Source of the DNA: the human T2T-CHM13v2.0 reference genome, Homo sapiens
Reading direction: 5' to 3' (one strand)
NCBI RefSeq assembly: GCF_009914755.1
Contig: NC_060937.1
Length of the DNA: 64,000 bases
In this document: positions 22,042 to 36,239 of the stretch, one piece after another
How positions within the stretch are numbered: position 1 is the stretch's first letter
How the letters are laid out: every line of letters starts with the position of its first letter
The notes under the pieces: model-generated
Seen by the model: only the letters and a program-made list of their open reading frames with translations
Told to the model about the DNA's origin: nothing
The model's database searches: none
Made by a program: the position numbers and the translations under genes

Positions 22042-23170
22042 CCAAAATGTTTGAAGGCTCTAAGAAGAGGTGTACATTGATTTGGGACTTCCATATTCAC
22101 TGTTAGAAAGTACTTGTTTTTTAGCCATTAGTTTGTGAGTGTCAGGCTCTTAAGTGAAGACGTTCAATGAGTCAACATCCAGGTTTGCCTAGGCTGGTAC
22201 ACTTTGATTCCATTGAAGTTGGACATCAGTGCTCGTGTGCTTTGAATATGAATATTTGTATTTTCATAAAGTTGGGGAAAATAATACGTAAAGCATTGGT
22301 GTGTGTTTTAATTAAATAATAAAGTTTGTAAAGTACTTGGTTTGAATATGTTCAAGAAATGGTAATTTTCCCTTACTCTCTAAATTAGATGGTAAGTCCC
22401 ACCCTTCTCACACCTCATCTCTGTAGTTACTTTTATTTTATTGTCATTGTTCTTGGACAGTTTACCTCTGTAACTAGCCCCTTCAGCACCAAAATTATCA
22501 CTAGTAATTGTGCTTATATCAGAACCTAATTCAGCAATTTTGGTCCTTGCTGGTAAAGTAGTGTACTTAATTTAGTAACTTTCATATTGCAGTGACATTT
22601 TAAACCTGTGATTTGTCTCTTCATTGCGAAAAAAATGTGTATCGGTTATGATGTTGTGGGACTTTGTCTTTAAGGTTAATAAAGAGTTCTTTTAACTCTT
22701 ACATAAGAAAAGCTGGTCACCAAGGACATACTTTAGGAAATTATAACAGTTATGGTATTATCTTAGGTTAGATTTTATTAACAAAGATAAAAAGCTTCTT
22801 CCATCTTGATCTAATGTAGCTGTTAGAAGAAAGTAAACCAGGAGAAGGTGGCTGAACTTGGAAAATTTTTCACATTGTAAGAAAAATGTGGGCCATAAAA
22901 TTTAAGGTGGCCATTTATGTTTTTGTTGCGATCTCAGATACTTAAGTGGATTGGCTTTCTTGACTTTAAAATAATGGAGGCAAAACACCATTTTAAAGAA
23001 GAATAGCTATTACATATTAATTTGTCATATTACACACTACCTAATTAAATATAAATGGTAAGTAAACTTGAGCGAAATAAGTCTTATACTTGAGTAAAAC
23101 TTCTTAGATTAACTTTCATAGAAAATTTAGAAAATTGTTCACTTAATTACTGAATGAGAAGTAACCATAA

Positions 23171-24915
<1,745 letters not shown>

Positions 24916-25667
24916 AAAACAGATTGTACAGAATATTTCTAACAAATTGCCACATGATGGTGACACTAATGTTTAACAGTATTATTAATGATCTGAAGAT
25001 AACACTTTCAGAACCATTGTTTTTAAATTAAACAATCTTTGTTTTTTAAAAAAGAAAACACAAAGAATGTACCCATTTTCTACTACCCTAATGTCTGGTC
25101 ATATTTTCATTGAGTATGTGGTGTCTGTACATACATGTTTTAGTGAAGTCATAGTATGTGTAAATTTTTTTCACATTCTGCTTTTTCTCTTATTTACACA
25201 TGTTCCTTACTGTTAATGTATAGTCCTACCTTATTTCCACATTGTCCATTGAACTTTACTAGAGATCCTGCCGTATACTGCAGCATCATGTGAGAAAGCT
25301 ATCATGTAGGCCTGAAAAGTGTTACAGTTTGGCCTTGTGTTTTGACTAGTGTCTAGGATGATCAGTGGTTTCATGGACACTGTCCTGTGTCTTTGTGGCA
25401 TGAGGAGTAATCCGGATTCAAAATAAAGCTAATTAAATTATACCTTCTGATATTAAATGGTATGCGTGAAGAGGTTTCTTTTGTAGCCATATATGCAAAA
25501 ATCTGTTGAGTTTGTGACACATGACCACTTCAGTGTGAGGGGAACCATAGTGAATTTTGGTTAGTTTGTAAAGAGGCATAGGGAAATAAGAGAAATATAA
25601 TTGTTTTTCTGAAAATAAAGATGTCAAAGCCCCAGTTTTCACAAAACAATGAAGAAATATTCCTTTT

Positions 25668-25769
25668 AAAATATAGAACGCTTCATGAATGTGTGTGTCA
25701 TCCTTTCACAGGCGCCATGCCAATCTCTTACTGTTCCAATTTTGGTATACGTGCTGCTGAAGTGAGCAC
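25668..25769 (-). pseudogene. U6 snRNA pseudogene, near full length, antisense in intron 9
   Basis: Reverse complement reads GTGCTCACTTCAGCAGCACGTATACCAAAATTGGAACAGTAAGAGATTGGCATGGCGCCTGTGAAAGGATGACACACACATTCATGAAGCGTTCTATATTTT, matching U6 with substitutions and a disrupted ACAGAGA box. Confidence 0.93.
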
Positions 25770-26255
25770 CAGACCTTATTTTGTAGTAGGTAGATAAGTA
25801 AATTGGTTAAGAAACCCCGTAATTATAGTAAGTACAATACAATTATTATATTGTAGGATTGCTAACAATAATAAGCAAAAGAGTCATTTTTAATTTCACT
25901 TATTTTCAAACCTTGAATCATTTCACTTTTTTGCAATGCATGACATTTTAGAAAATCTGAATATTTATATAATGTGTCCCTTATAGGAGTGGTCCATTTT
26001 TTTTTTTTTTTTTTTTTGTCTTGTGAGTGGTCCATATATATAGCAATGTCCATTATTTTGTGTTTTTTTCCACCCCTTCTCCAAAGCGGGGAAATACTCA
26101 TGTTAGGAATGGGGACAAAGCAGATACCCTAGTCTTTTAATTAATTTATAGTTCTGAAATAAGCTGTATATTTTCCAAATGTAATTTAAACCATAATAGG
26201 TAAAAATACCTTCAAGAAGATATTTTTAAATTTTAAAAATATGTTTCTTTAACAG

Positions 26256-26328
26256 GTTTCTATAATCCAGGAACTTGTTACTAATTATGAAGCCTCTCTT
26301 AAAACGTGTGACTTTTTTAGCCCATATG
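26256..26328 (+). CDS. NAA16: NAA16 coding exon 10 (73 nt)
   Basis: tttaacag|GTT...TAT G|gtaagt; VSIIQELVTNYEASLKTCDFFSPY. Confidence 0.95.
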
Positions 26329-26532
26329 GTAAGTTTAAATTAGATTGAATTGGAATTTGATTACTCATTTCATTTTTAATCACAGTAATGCTCTTTTATG
26401 TATATTATGTGTGTGCTACCTAATGGCTACTTAATAAATGGCTTTCAAATTGGTGAATGAAATGAGAGCACTTTCAATCTTACTTAATTTAAATTTTCCA
26501 TAATCCTATGAGATGGGAGTTAACCTTGTGCG

Positions 26533-26838
26533 GTTTTTTTGTTTGTTTGTTTGTTTTTTGAGACGGAGTCTCATCCTGTCACCCAGGCTGGAGTACAATG
26601 GCACAGTCTTGGCTCACTGCAACCTCCGCCTCCTGGGTTCAACTGATGCTCCTGCCTTAGCCTTCTGAGTAGCTGGGATTACAGGCGCCTGCCACCACTC
26701 CTGCCTAAGTGTTGTATTTTTAGTAGAGATGGGGTTTCACCATGTTGGCCAGGCTGGTCTCGAATACCTGACCTCGTGATCCACCCGCCTCAGCCTCCCA
26801 AAGTGCTGGGATTACAGGCGTGAGCCACCACACCTGGG
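26533..26838 (-). mobile_element. AluS inserted in a MIR
   Basis: Dimer; TSD ttaaccttgt; MIR core continues (gaggaaac...ttgcctaagaccatgtag). Confidence 0.88.
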
Positions 26839-27134
26839 CTTAACCTTGTTTTAACATGAGGAAACATACTTGAGAGGTTGAATGGCTTGCCTAAGACCAT
26901 GTAGTTAGTTTATATTGGAACCTGTTTTTCCTGAATCCCTAAATTCTCTGCTTTTTCTACCCTCTTATTACTTTTAATCCTCTTTAGTTTGGTCCTTTGT
27001 TTCTATATTTGTAGGAGCATATATAAATCAAGGCAAGTTACTTTAGAAAACACTAGAATGTTTTCAGTCATGCACAAAGTAACTTCCGGGTTCCTTATGT
27101 GTCTCTTACATGTCATTACTCTGAGTATTTTTCT

Positions 27135-27432
27135 GATGTTTTTTAAGAGAGGGGATCTCACTGTGTTGCGCAAGCTGAACTTCTGGGCTCAAGTGATCCT
27201 CCCACCTCAGCCTGCTGAGTGGCAAGGACTACAGGCGTGTGCCACCATGCCTAGCTGATTTTGTGTGCGTGTGTGTGTGTGTGCACACGCGCGCACACGC
27301 GGGGGTTTGGGGGAGGTTTCTAGAGGTGGGATTTTGCCATGTTGTCCAGGCTGATCTTGAACTCCTGAGCTCTAGCAATCTGCCTGTCTCAGCCTCCGAA
27401 AGTGCTGGGATTACAGGTGTGAGCTGCCACAC
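27135..27432 (-). mobile_element. AluJ with a (TG/CG/CA)n central linker
   Basis: Diverged dimer whose middle A-rich region is replaced by an alternating purine-pyrimidine tract. Confidence 0.8.
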
Positions 27433-28049
27433 CCTCTATGAGTTTTTTTAAGGCACATTCCAGACTTACTGTTTCATCTGTAAATATCTTAGTGTGCATC
27501 TCTATTTAAAACACGTAAACAGAAGAAGTCATCGCAGTGCCATGTCACACAAAACCTCATAACATAATATCTGATACCCAGTCCGCATTCACATTTCCCC
27601 CATTATCCAAAAGAAGTCTTTGTGTTTGGTTTATTTGAGTATAGATCCAGTTAAGGTTCACACCAAATAATTGGTTGTTATATCTCCATAAGTTGATGGT
27701 TATGTCTCATTATTTTAATCTAGAACAATAACTCTCCCCTCCCTTTCAAAAAAACAGTCATTTGTTGAAAGGTCATTTGTCTTACATATCCCATATTCTA
27801 GATTTGGTTGATTGCCTTTCTCATGGTATCATTTGCTGTATTTCACTGTCATTCATACTTGTAAGTTATAGTTAGGTTTACTTGCTGGATTAGATTCAGG
27901 TTCTGTTTAAATACGGGTGGTGCTTTGTGCTTCCTGTTGTGTCATGTCAGGAAGCTTGAGACATTCTGGTTTTCTCTCTTTTTTGATGTTAAGATTGATA
28001 AAGATTCAGATGTTGTCAGCCTGTTATACTCATTAAAAAGGTCCATGAC

Positions 28050-28333
28050 GGCGTGGGGGCACGGTGGCTCCACACCTGTGATCCCAACACTTTTGGGGAT
28101 GCTGAGGCAGAAAGATCTCTTGAAGCCAGGATTTGGAGGCCAGCCTGGGCAACAAAGTGAGACCCTGTCTCTACAAAAAATTAAAATATTAGCCACGTTC
28201 GGTGGTTCTCACCTGTAGTCCCAGCTACTTGTGAAGCTGAGGCATGAGGATCACTGGAGCCTAGGAGTTCCAGGCTACAGTTAGTTATGATCATGCCACT
28301 GCACTCCAGTGTTGGTGATAGAACAAGACAAAA
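28050..28333 (+). mobile_element. AluJ within old L1M sequence
   Basis: Diverged dimer. Confidence 0.8.
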
Positions 28334-29323
28334 ATTCCTCATTGGCCTCTCAGCAATTGAAGATCATTGCCTAGATCCCTTGTTGATACTAATAATTTCT
28401 TCTGCATTCGTTAGCTGGAATTTTTCTTATAAAGAACTTTCCTTCATCAAATACTTGGTTCCCTTGAAATATAGTTTATATAAGAGGAACAGAATAGAAG
28501 CTTAACTCATTGCCTTTATTTTATTATTTGTGTTTTAATGTGTGCTATAGTATGTTTGCATGTCATTTGGTCAGCTATGCTAGGAAACCTGTTTGTTTTG
28601 ATGTAGTGTGGGTATATTCACTCTTTCCTCCTCATTTTTACACAAGTATGTCTTCCCTTCTGAAATCCATTTTGAGAGCTTGATATTTCTTTTCTGCTCC
28701 TCTGTAGTTAGAGGGTACAGGATGGGGAACAGGATAGAACTCAGGTAAGTGTATATATGTGACTGCTTTTTTAAGAGGACTGGGCTGTGTTTTTTCTACT
28801 TAGGTTTTTGTCAGATGGTAGGGTTGTTTCTACTTTGTCAGGTGTATCTTCTTCCTATAGGTCATAGTCTTCAACTTTGGGTATCCCTGATTTAGTATTG
28901 AGGCCTGGAAAATGGTAAGCCATGGCAGTTTGGCAGTTCTTGCCTCTGCTGAAATCTTGCAGTGGTAGTTAGGAAATCTCTTTGCCAAGTTTTTTTCCTT
29001 GACTTTTCCTGGTCTTGCTGCCCTTTTGCTTTCAGGCTGAGAGTTCACAGAATTAGTTTGACGTATATCTTTTCCCCAGCATTGTTTCTTTGGAGTGAGA
29101 TTGGGGTTAGAAGCCTGTCAAAGTACAATCTTATTTCTCTACATGGCTGCCACTTTTTGAACTTTATGAAGTCATACCTCTTTCTTTTGAAATTAGTAGT
29201 TTTTGCTGAGTCTTTCTTGCTTATTATTATTGCAATAGTCATTTCATTATGAATTAGGAGAGAGAAAATATGTGATTTGCTTTACATTCTTTCTATAATA
29301 ATTTAATATTTGTTTGATTGCAG

Positions 29324-29493
29324 AGAATGGGGAGAAGGAACCCCCGACAACACTACTCTGGGTTCAGTATTTCCTGGCACAGCACTTTGATAAACTTGGA
29401 CAGTATTCTTTGGCTTTGGATTATATTAATGCTGCAATTGCTAGTACTCCAACTCTAATAGAATTATTCTATATGAAAGCAAAAATTTACAAG
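29324..29493 (+). CDS. NAA16: NAA16 coding exon 11 (170 nt), TPR region
   Basis: ttgcag|AG...AAG|gtaaaa; (E)[56 protein letters not shown] (ORF 29314..29526). Confidence 0.97.
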
Positions 29494-29829
29494 GTAAAAT
29501 CTGAATCCTGTTTTTTGAGTAGTTGAAGAATTCAGCTACTTTAAGAATCCTTGGAGTTTTTTCTTTGTGGAAACAAGTTCTAGGGCACCCTGATAATCTT
29601 TTTCTAATAATCCTGTGTAGTTTCATGTTATATTAATTGTATAATCAATGTGTAATTAGATGTGTAATCATTTGAGCTCTTAGTAAATGTGAACTGTAAT
29701 TTTGATTTCTAAATAAATTTGACAGAAATGGTGACAGATTTCTTTTTTGTCTGTGTAAATTATTTTCCATTTTATTGTACTCATATTCTCTTGATTATAA
29801 ATTGTGGTTCCTTTAATTATCTTTTATAG

Positions 29830-29982
29830 CATATAGGTAATCTCAAAGAAGCTGCAAAGTGGATGGATGAAGCACAGTCTTTGGACACAGCTGATAGATT
29901 CATCAATTCCAAATGTGCAAAATACATGCTTCGAGCAAATATGATAAAAGAAGCAGAGGAAATGTGCTCCAAGTTCACAAGG
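29830..29982 (+). CDS. NAA16: NAA16 coding exon 12 (153 nt)
   Basis: ttttatag|CAT...AGG|gtagga; [51 protein letters not shown]. Confidence 0.97.
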
Positions 29983-30010
29983 GTAGGAAATAGCATGCAT
30001 GAGCATGTAA

Positions 30011-30065
30011 TTGTCTAAATTAAGACAGTTTGTGAAGTTTGTCTAAATTAAGACAGTTTGTGAAG
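30011..30065 (+). repeat. Tandem duplication, 28-bp period
   Basis: ttgtctaaattaagacagtttgtgaag occurs twice, identically (30011, 30039). Confidence 0.95.
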
Positions 30066-30519
30066 AACTTCAGTGGAAGTTCATAAAAATTCATTTTTAT
30101 TATTGTTTTTTAAATCCCATTTAACCCATATCCTAAGAATGGTTTCTTACTGTGGTTGTGTATCTGTGTATATGTTTCTGGCAGGGGATGGTTAAAAAAC
30201 AATAGCAAGAGCAAAATATCTTGGTACATATATAAAGAGTATGCTATACTTTAGCACTTACGTGTAAAATTTGATTTATATCTCAAATCCTTTGTCCCCC
30301 TAGTAATTTGTGACTGCTTTTTAATTCTGTCTTACTTTTAACTTGCTCATAGAGTTCTTTCTTTGTAGAACTAATTGCTCTGAACTAGTCTCTGTGACAT
30401 TCAAGAATTTAAGTTTCCTGAGATGGGCTACACATCCATCCCTTTTCCCTCCTTCACCATCCCTTTATATCCTTTTCCACATAAACTTTCTGTTATAATA
30501 CATGTTTATGGTTAAAAAT

Positions 30520-30990
30520 ATAAGTAGACTAATGGAACAGGGTAGAAAGCTCAGAAACAGATTTCACACATATTTGGAAAATGGGATATACCCAGAGATA
30601 CTGTAAAAATCAGAGATGAAAATATATTGCTGGGACAATTAGTTACTCCTGTTGGGGAAAAAGCCTCCAATATCCCTCTCTGTCACTGTACACGAATCAG
30701 TTCCAGGTGGATTAAAGATCAGATATGGAAAGCAAACCTTTCACACTTATACAAGAAAATATAAAGGAGCTTAGGATAAACTAATTATAATATAATCTAA
30801 TATAATAGAAAATTTCACTGTACACGAATCAGTTCCAAGTGGATTAAAGATCAAATATGGAAAGCAAACCTTACACTTATAGAAGAAAATATATAGGAGT
30901 TTATCTTCAGGATAAAGAAGCATTCTTTATGCTTGAGGTAGGAAGCATTTCTTGACACCAAAAGCATAAAGCATAAAAGAAAAACTGAGG
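30520..30990 (+). mobile_element. Old L1M ORF2 fragment with internal duplication
   Basis: tagactaatggaacagggtagaaagctcagaa...ttccaggtggattaaagatc motifs. Confidence 0.65.
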
Positions 30991-31204
30991 TGGGCATGGT
31001 GGCATGTGCCTATAGTCCCAGCTACCACATAGTAAATAGCACTAGGTTCAAAGTCTTCAATGCCCTTTCCACTATATCACAGGTTTGAAATTAAGAAGAG
31101 AGTACAAGGAATAAACATAAAACCAATTATGTTTTCAGAGAAAAGTACCACATGGAAGGCCAAGGTAGCGATAGGAAGTAAAATGCAATTAAATATGAAG
31201 TATA

Positions 31205-31432
31205 CAGGTTGAGCATCCCAAATCTAAAATTCAAATTCCAAAATGCTCCAAAACTTGAAACTTTTTGAGCACTGGTATGATGGTCAAAGGAAATGCTCAT
31301 TGGAGCATTTTGGATTTTGGATTTTTGGGTTTGGGATCGCTCAACCACTAAGTATAATGCAAATATTCCAAAATTGAGAAGGTTTGCAACATTTCTGGTT
31401 CCAGACAATTCTGATAAGCGATACTAAATCTA
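31205..31432. mobile_element. Tigger4/MER46-type MITE
   Basis: TA|caggttgagcatccc terminus; internal palindrome ccaaaatgctcca / tggagcattttgg. Confidence 0.75.
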
Positions 31433-32624
31433 TGCAAAACTTAAAGAAGTTCAGTGATTTTTAAGAAACAGAAAGCCCAGTGACACTGGGATGCGTCTTT
31501 AAAGGCACAGGAGAATGAGAAAGAAGGTGAGAGGAGTTGGTTATTTAAGGAGAATAGTCACCAAAATCTGTGGCTCAGCTTGCTCATCATAACTGCCTCT
31601 GATCATCCACTTTTGACAAGTTGCCATGCTGTATGGCAAGCTTGTTCACTTTATGCACACTAGTTTGTTGGCCAGGCAAATCCATAATATGTGGTGAACA
31701 ACATAATGAGGCAGGGGAAGAAAACTGCAAATGACCCTGAATAATCAGGATATATCTGCTTACTAATAAATGAGTGAAGGGCGCATATTTCCTTCTCGCA
31801 GATTTTTCAGTTTAGAACTTTTGTACAAAGTTGCTGATACATGTTGGATAGTTCTAGTTGATAAACTTTTTGAAATGAAAAGTAATATAGATTTCCTCTT
31901 ATAAAAATATGTGACCATTAACAAAATGGAAAATATAACACAACCATAATGAAGACAGAAAATACATCAATAATTCTGTTCACCCAGAGATAACTAGTTT
32001 TTAGACGTTTAATGTGTTCTGAAAATTGAACTGATACACAAAATGTGAGGAAAAACTGTAGACTGAAATCATTTATATAAGTGTATCTTTGCATCCTTTC
32101 CTGGGGTCATATAAAATATATTTTAAATGTCTCTTCTAAACTGTGACAAAACTTGAGTATCCTTGCACTTAAAATTCGTTAATTTATGTCTCACACTCCC
32201 CTCAGAATTTTTATTGAGCCTGAATTAACAAATTCAGTTATTTGGTTTTGTCAGCCCACTGCAAAGGAGAAATATTAAAGTAGAAGAGTTGTCATGAAAC
32301 AGGTGATGCTGATAGAAGCAGACACATGGGCACAAAGAAAGTGACAATGGAGGAGGGACACTGGGAAACCAAAAAACAGGCCTGCAGCTATTACTAACAG
32401 ATTTGATAAATGCTGAATATACGTAACAGTGACCCCGAGTCAGCAAGGAAGGCTGAAATAGCTTTTGCTTGAAAGGCAGAAGATAGGCAGTACTTCATAT
32501 GACTGCTTTCTTAAATAGTTGAAATAAAAACTTTGGTGTTTAAAAACTAAGATTTAGTAATTTGGAGTCTTTTTTATGAAGAGTGTTGACTACCCCAGCA
32601 GAGCTGGGTAAATAAGACGTTATG

Positions 32625-32900
32625 TATATGTGGGTTTTCCATCTGATAACTGAGATGGCTCCTAAGTGACAGTTAGGTAGCAGACAGTGTGGATGTACTA
32701 GACAAAGGGATGATTCACGTTCTGGGTGGGATAGAGTGGGATGGTGCAAGATTTTATCACAGTATTCAGAATGGCATGCAGTTGAAAACGTATGAATTGT
32801 TTATTTCTGCAATTTTCCCTTTAATATCTTTAGACCATGGTCGACTGTGGGTAACTGAAACCATGGAAGGTGAAACCTTGGATAAGGAGAGACTATTGTA
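32625..32900. mobile_element. Tigger2-family fragment
   Basis: gacaaagggatgattcacgt...gtaactgaaaccatggaaggtgaaaccttggataagg...|TA. Confidence 0.7.
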
Positions 32901-33049
32901 GTATAAAACCATGTTTGGAAACATACTGATATATTTGCTAATTGCTGCTATTGTCATAATAGTACTGTAGCCCTAGTTGTAAAGAGGAAATGATTTTTAG
33001 GATCTCTTTCATTGTTTGCTCTCTATAGTTTTGAATGCTTCCATTTCAG

Positions 33050-33178
33050 GAAGGAACATCTGCCATGGAAAATCTAAATGAAATGCAGTGTATGTGGTTT
33101 CAGACAGAATGCATTTCAGCTTATCAGCGTCTGGGGAGATACGGGGATGCCTTGAAAAAATGTCATGAAGTAGAAAGG
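33050..33178 (+). CDS. NAA16: NAA16 coding exon 13 (129 nt)
   Basis: atttcag|GAA...AGG|gtaagt; [43 protein letters not shown]. Confidence 0.97.
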
Positions 33179-36100
33179 GTAAGTTGTTAGAATTTCGACT
33201 TCAGTTTTCACTGTAAGGTGATAAAAAGCAGGTAGATTTCTACACAGGATCATCTGCCTCTTCTAACTTCTCTGGGAGCTTCATTGTGAAAAAAATTCTT
33301 GATCTTTAACCTTTACATTCAGAAGTTGTAAACAATGGATTGCTTTACTGATCCTCAAGTGATTATGCTTTTGACATGTCTATATATTTTTGTCTGAAGG
33401 AAAAAGATTGTTAGTAAACAATTATTGCTATTAACATAAATTCAAAATTTATGTTCCCTAATTAGGCCATTATTTTGATATTCATCACCACCCTAAGAGG
33501 ACACACAGCTGATGGCAACCTCTTTCCCCTTTAAAACATCAGGATCTGGTCCGCAGTCAGCCTCTCTCCAGTTTGTCTTCCCAGGATATTTGCTCTCACA
33601 TTCAGTATTCTGTATAACAATCTATGGCCAGTTTGCAGGCTTATTTTATTGCTTGCTTTTAGGATTATTTGTGTGATGTGCCTTAGTGAGGGGACTTTTC
33701 TTTTCCTTTGTGTGAATTTTTGTTTTCCTGTTCTTTGTCATCTCTGAAGCACTCTCCTTCCACATGGACCACAGGAGGAAAAGAGCCGCAAATGCACCCC
33801 TGAGGCAGTCCTCAGCAGCCCTCAGTTGTGGGGGCAATCGGCACCACTGTTCCCATCCTGACGCAGTATAGAACCACAGGCATCGTAGTCAGGTGAGCCT
33901 GATGTCTGCACCGTGGCAGTCACTTTGGCCTTTTTCCCATGTGAAATTTCTGAGATTACCCACAAGGAAGGCTAAATTTTAGGGGGTGGCTTTTGATGGG
34001 GACTGGAACTAGAATTATACCCAAGCATTTTTAGAAATAACCTAATTTTTGCTCTGTTTTTGTTTTTTGTTTGTTTGTTTTTCATGCCCTTTTAAGCCTG
34101 GGCTTGATGGCTGTATCTCTGGGGAAAATCCTCCTCATCTTCTCCTTGAAAAATATAAAGCCCTTGGGATGATAGGTGAAATACCCAAGCATTCTAGTTT
34201 AAATCAGGCTCTTGTTTCCTTCATAAAACCACAGATCACTAGCTTGTTACACTCCCTAGAGGACCATTATTTTAAGAGCATTCTGCTTGTTATTAAGGAA
34301 AGATACATTTTTATTAACTAGGACATTCTCAGTGAGAGGTAAATTGTTTCCCTTATGAAGAGGCTGCTAGGCACTTACGAATTAGTAATTTCAGCAAGAC
34401 CATAACTAGAAACTTACCAAATTTTCTGTTTAAATGAAATTTGAATATCCTAAGGATCATTATAGTTGTGAACTTCTTGAACTTAAATTCCATTTCTTCT
34501 AACATTGATGACTATATTGCTTTGTTTTTTAAAATTTTGAGAATTTTTAGAATATGATAAGTGGATCTTCCATTACTGAGTTTCATTTAGATTATACTTT
34601 CCCTTAAATTTTTAGTGATTTTGGCTGAGTTGCATGGAAAAAAATTCTGTAATGTCAGAAAATCTACTGACATAGTTCAAGAAATTAATTGGTAAAAAGC
34701 ATTTTTGAAGAAAGAAACTACAGGAAAATCATTGGTTGTCACAGATTAAAATGGCAGAAATCATCACCCTCTGGTCATGTTACATAATTATTATCGCTAG
34801 AAACTTTAGGGTTTACTATTAACATTTGAGATTAGAAAGAAGTAGAAACATAAACAAGAAAAGAACCTACTCTTATACCAGTTGTAAGCTAGTCTTCAGT
34901 GAATATATCTATACTAAAAGCAAATAAGACAACTCTTTTATAGTTATTATGTATATTCTACATGTGTGGTTATATGTAGAAATGTGTTTCGTATAAATAG
35001 GGTGACTAGGTTGATGGAATGATTAATGCTTCTTAATTTTTAATATCTAAATTTTCTAATCTAAAATTCTTAATGATATCATTGGAAGGATTTAGGAGTA
35101 ATTACAAGCTTCAGATTTATTATAATAGGTATCTACATGAGTTACCTTATGCCTGTGTCTTAAATATTTTAATAAGGACACGGACACCTCTCAGAAATAA
35201 AACTTTGCAGTTTACCTTCTAAATAGAAGGTTAGTGAATTGCGAAATAAGTTCAAATAAGGGTTAGGTCTTTATTCTGCTTTGAAGAAGTCATTCAAGAG
35301 TTCTTTTGTTGAAGGCAGTTTCAGTCAGGATACATACTGCTTTGAGCTCTTAGTAATTGGATTTGAAAAATTAGAATTCTAGAATAAGCTAGTGTAGTAT
35401 CTTTTCTGTTTTCATCCCCCCCCCATAAGATTTTAGGGTTTATATTTTAAGGTTTTGTAGTCCAACCCAATCTGATGTTTGAAACTTGACTTTTATTAAA
35501 ACAAACAGAACAACCTTCTTCAAAATATTAGATTTAAACTTGTGTTCAGAATAACATTTTAATCTATTTTATCTTTCAAGAATTGAGTTTTCTTTCTTTC
35601 CATTTTTTTCTTTTACTATTAGACTGCTGGTGATTGGATTATCATTATTTTAGAATACTGACTTAGATATGAAACAGGGCAACGATACATATATTTCTAA
35701 CTCTTTGATAAGACCTAGGACTTCTGATAGATACAAACTATAGGAAGATCATAACTTTATCTTCTATTGTATCTTAATCTTTATCAAATTGATAACATGC
35801 TTTATAACAACAGATTCTCTATTAAGTAAATTGAGTTGCTAATTTTCCTAGTTGACCTAGTTATTATTTTTTAAATCCAGAGGTTTTTGTTGCCTTTCTC
35901 TGTATAAGCTCTTACTAGTCACATCCGGGAACTCTGAGAGGTAGTGGGAAGGAGAATCTGGTCTAGAAGAGAGGGCCTAATAAGGAGTTCCTTAAAAAAA
36001 TAAAAACACTACACTCTAAAGCTGTGAACGGCTTTTCTTAATTCTTGCTTAGGGGGAGAGAGTTAAGGGCATGAGCTGTATGTTAAGATTTGAATACGTA

Positions 36101-36239
36101 CTTTTCTGCAGTGAGCTAAGTGATTTTTGTCATGCTCTTCATGTTTGGCCAAAAGGTACAGGGAAACTAACTTTATCTGTTGGTGTTGTGTAGCATATTT
36201 TTGTGTTTTACAAATTTAGAGACTAAAAAATCAACCCAA

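Noticed and set aside
31205-31350. Strong internal palindrome
   Set aside because: Intrinsic to the Tigger4/MER46 MITE structure
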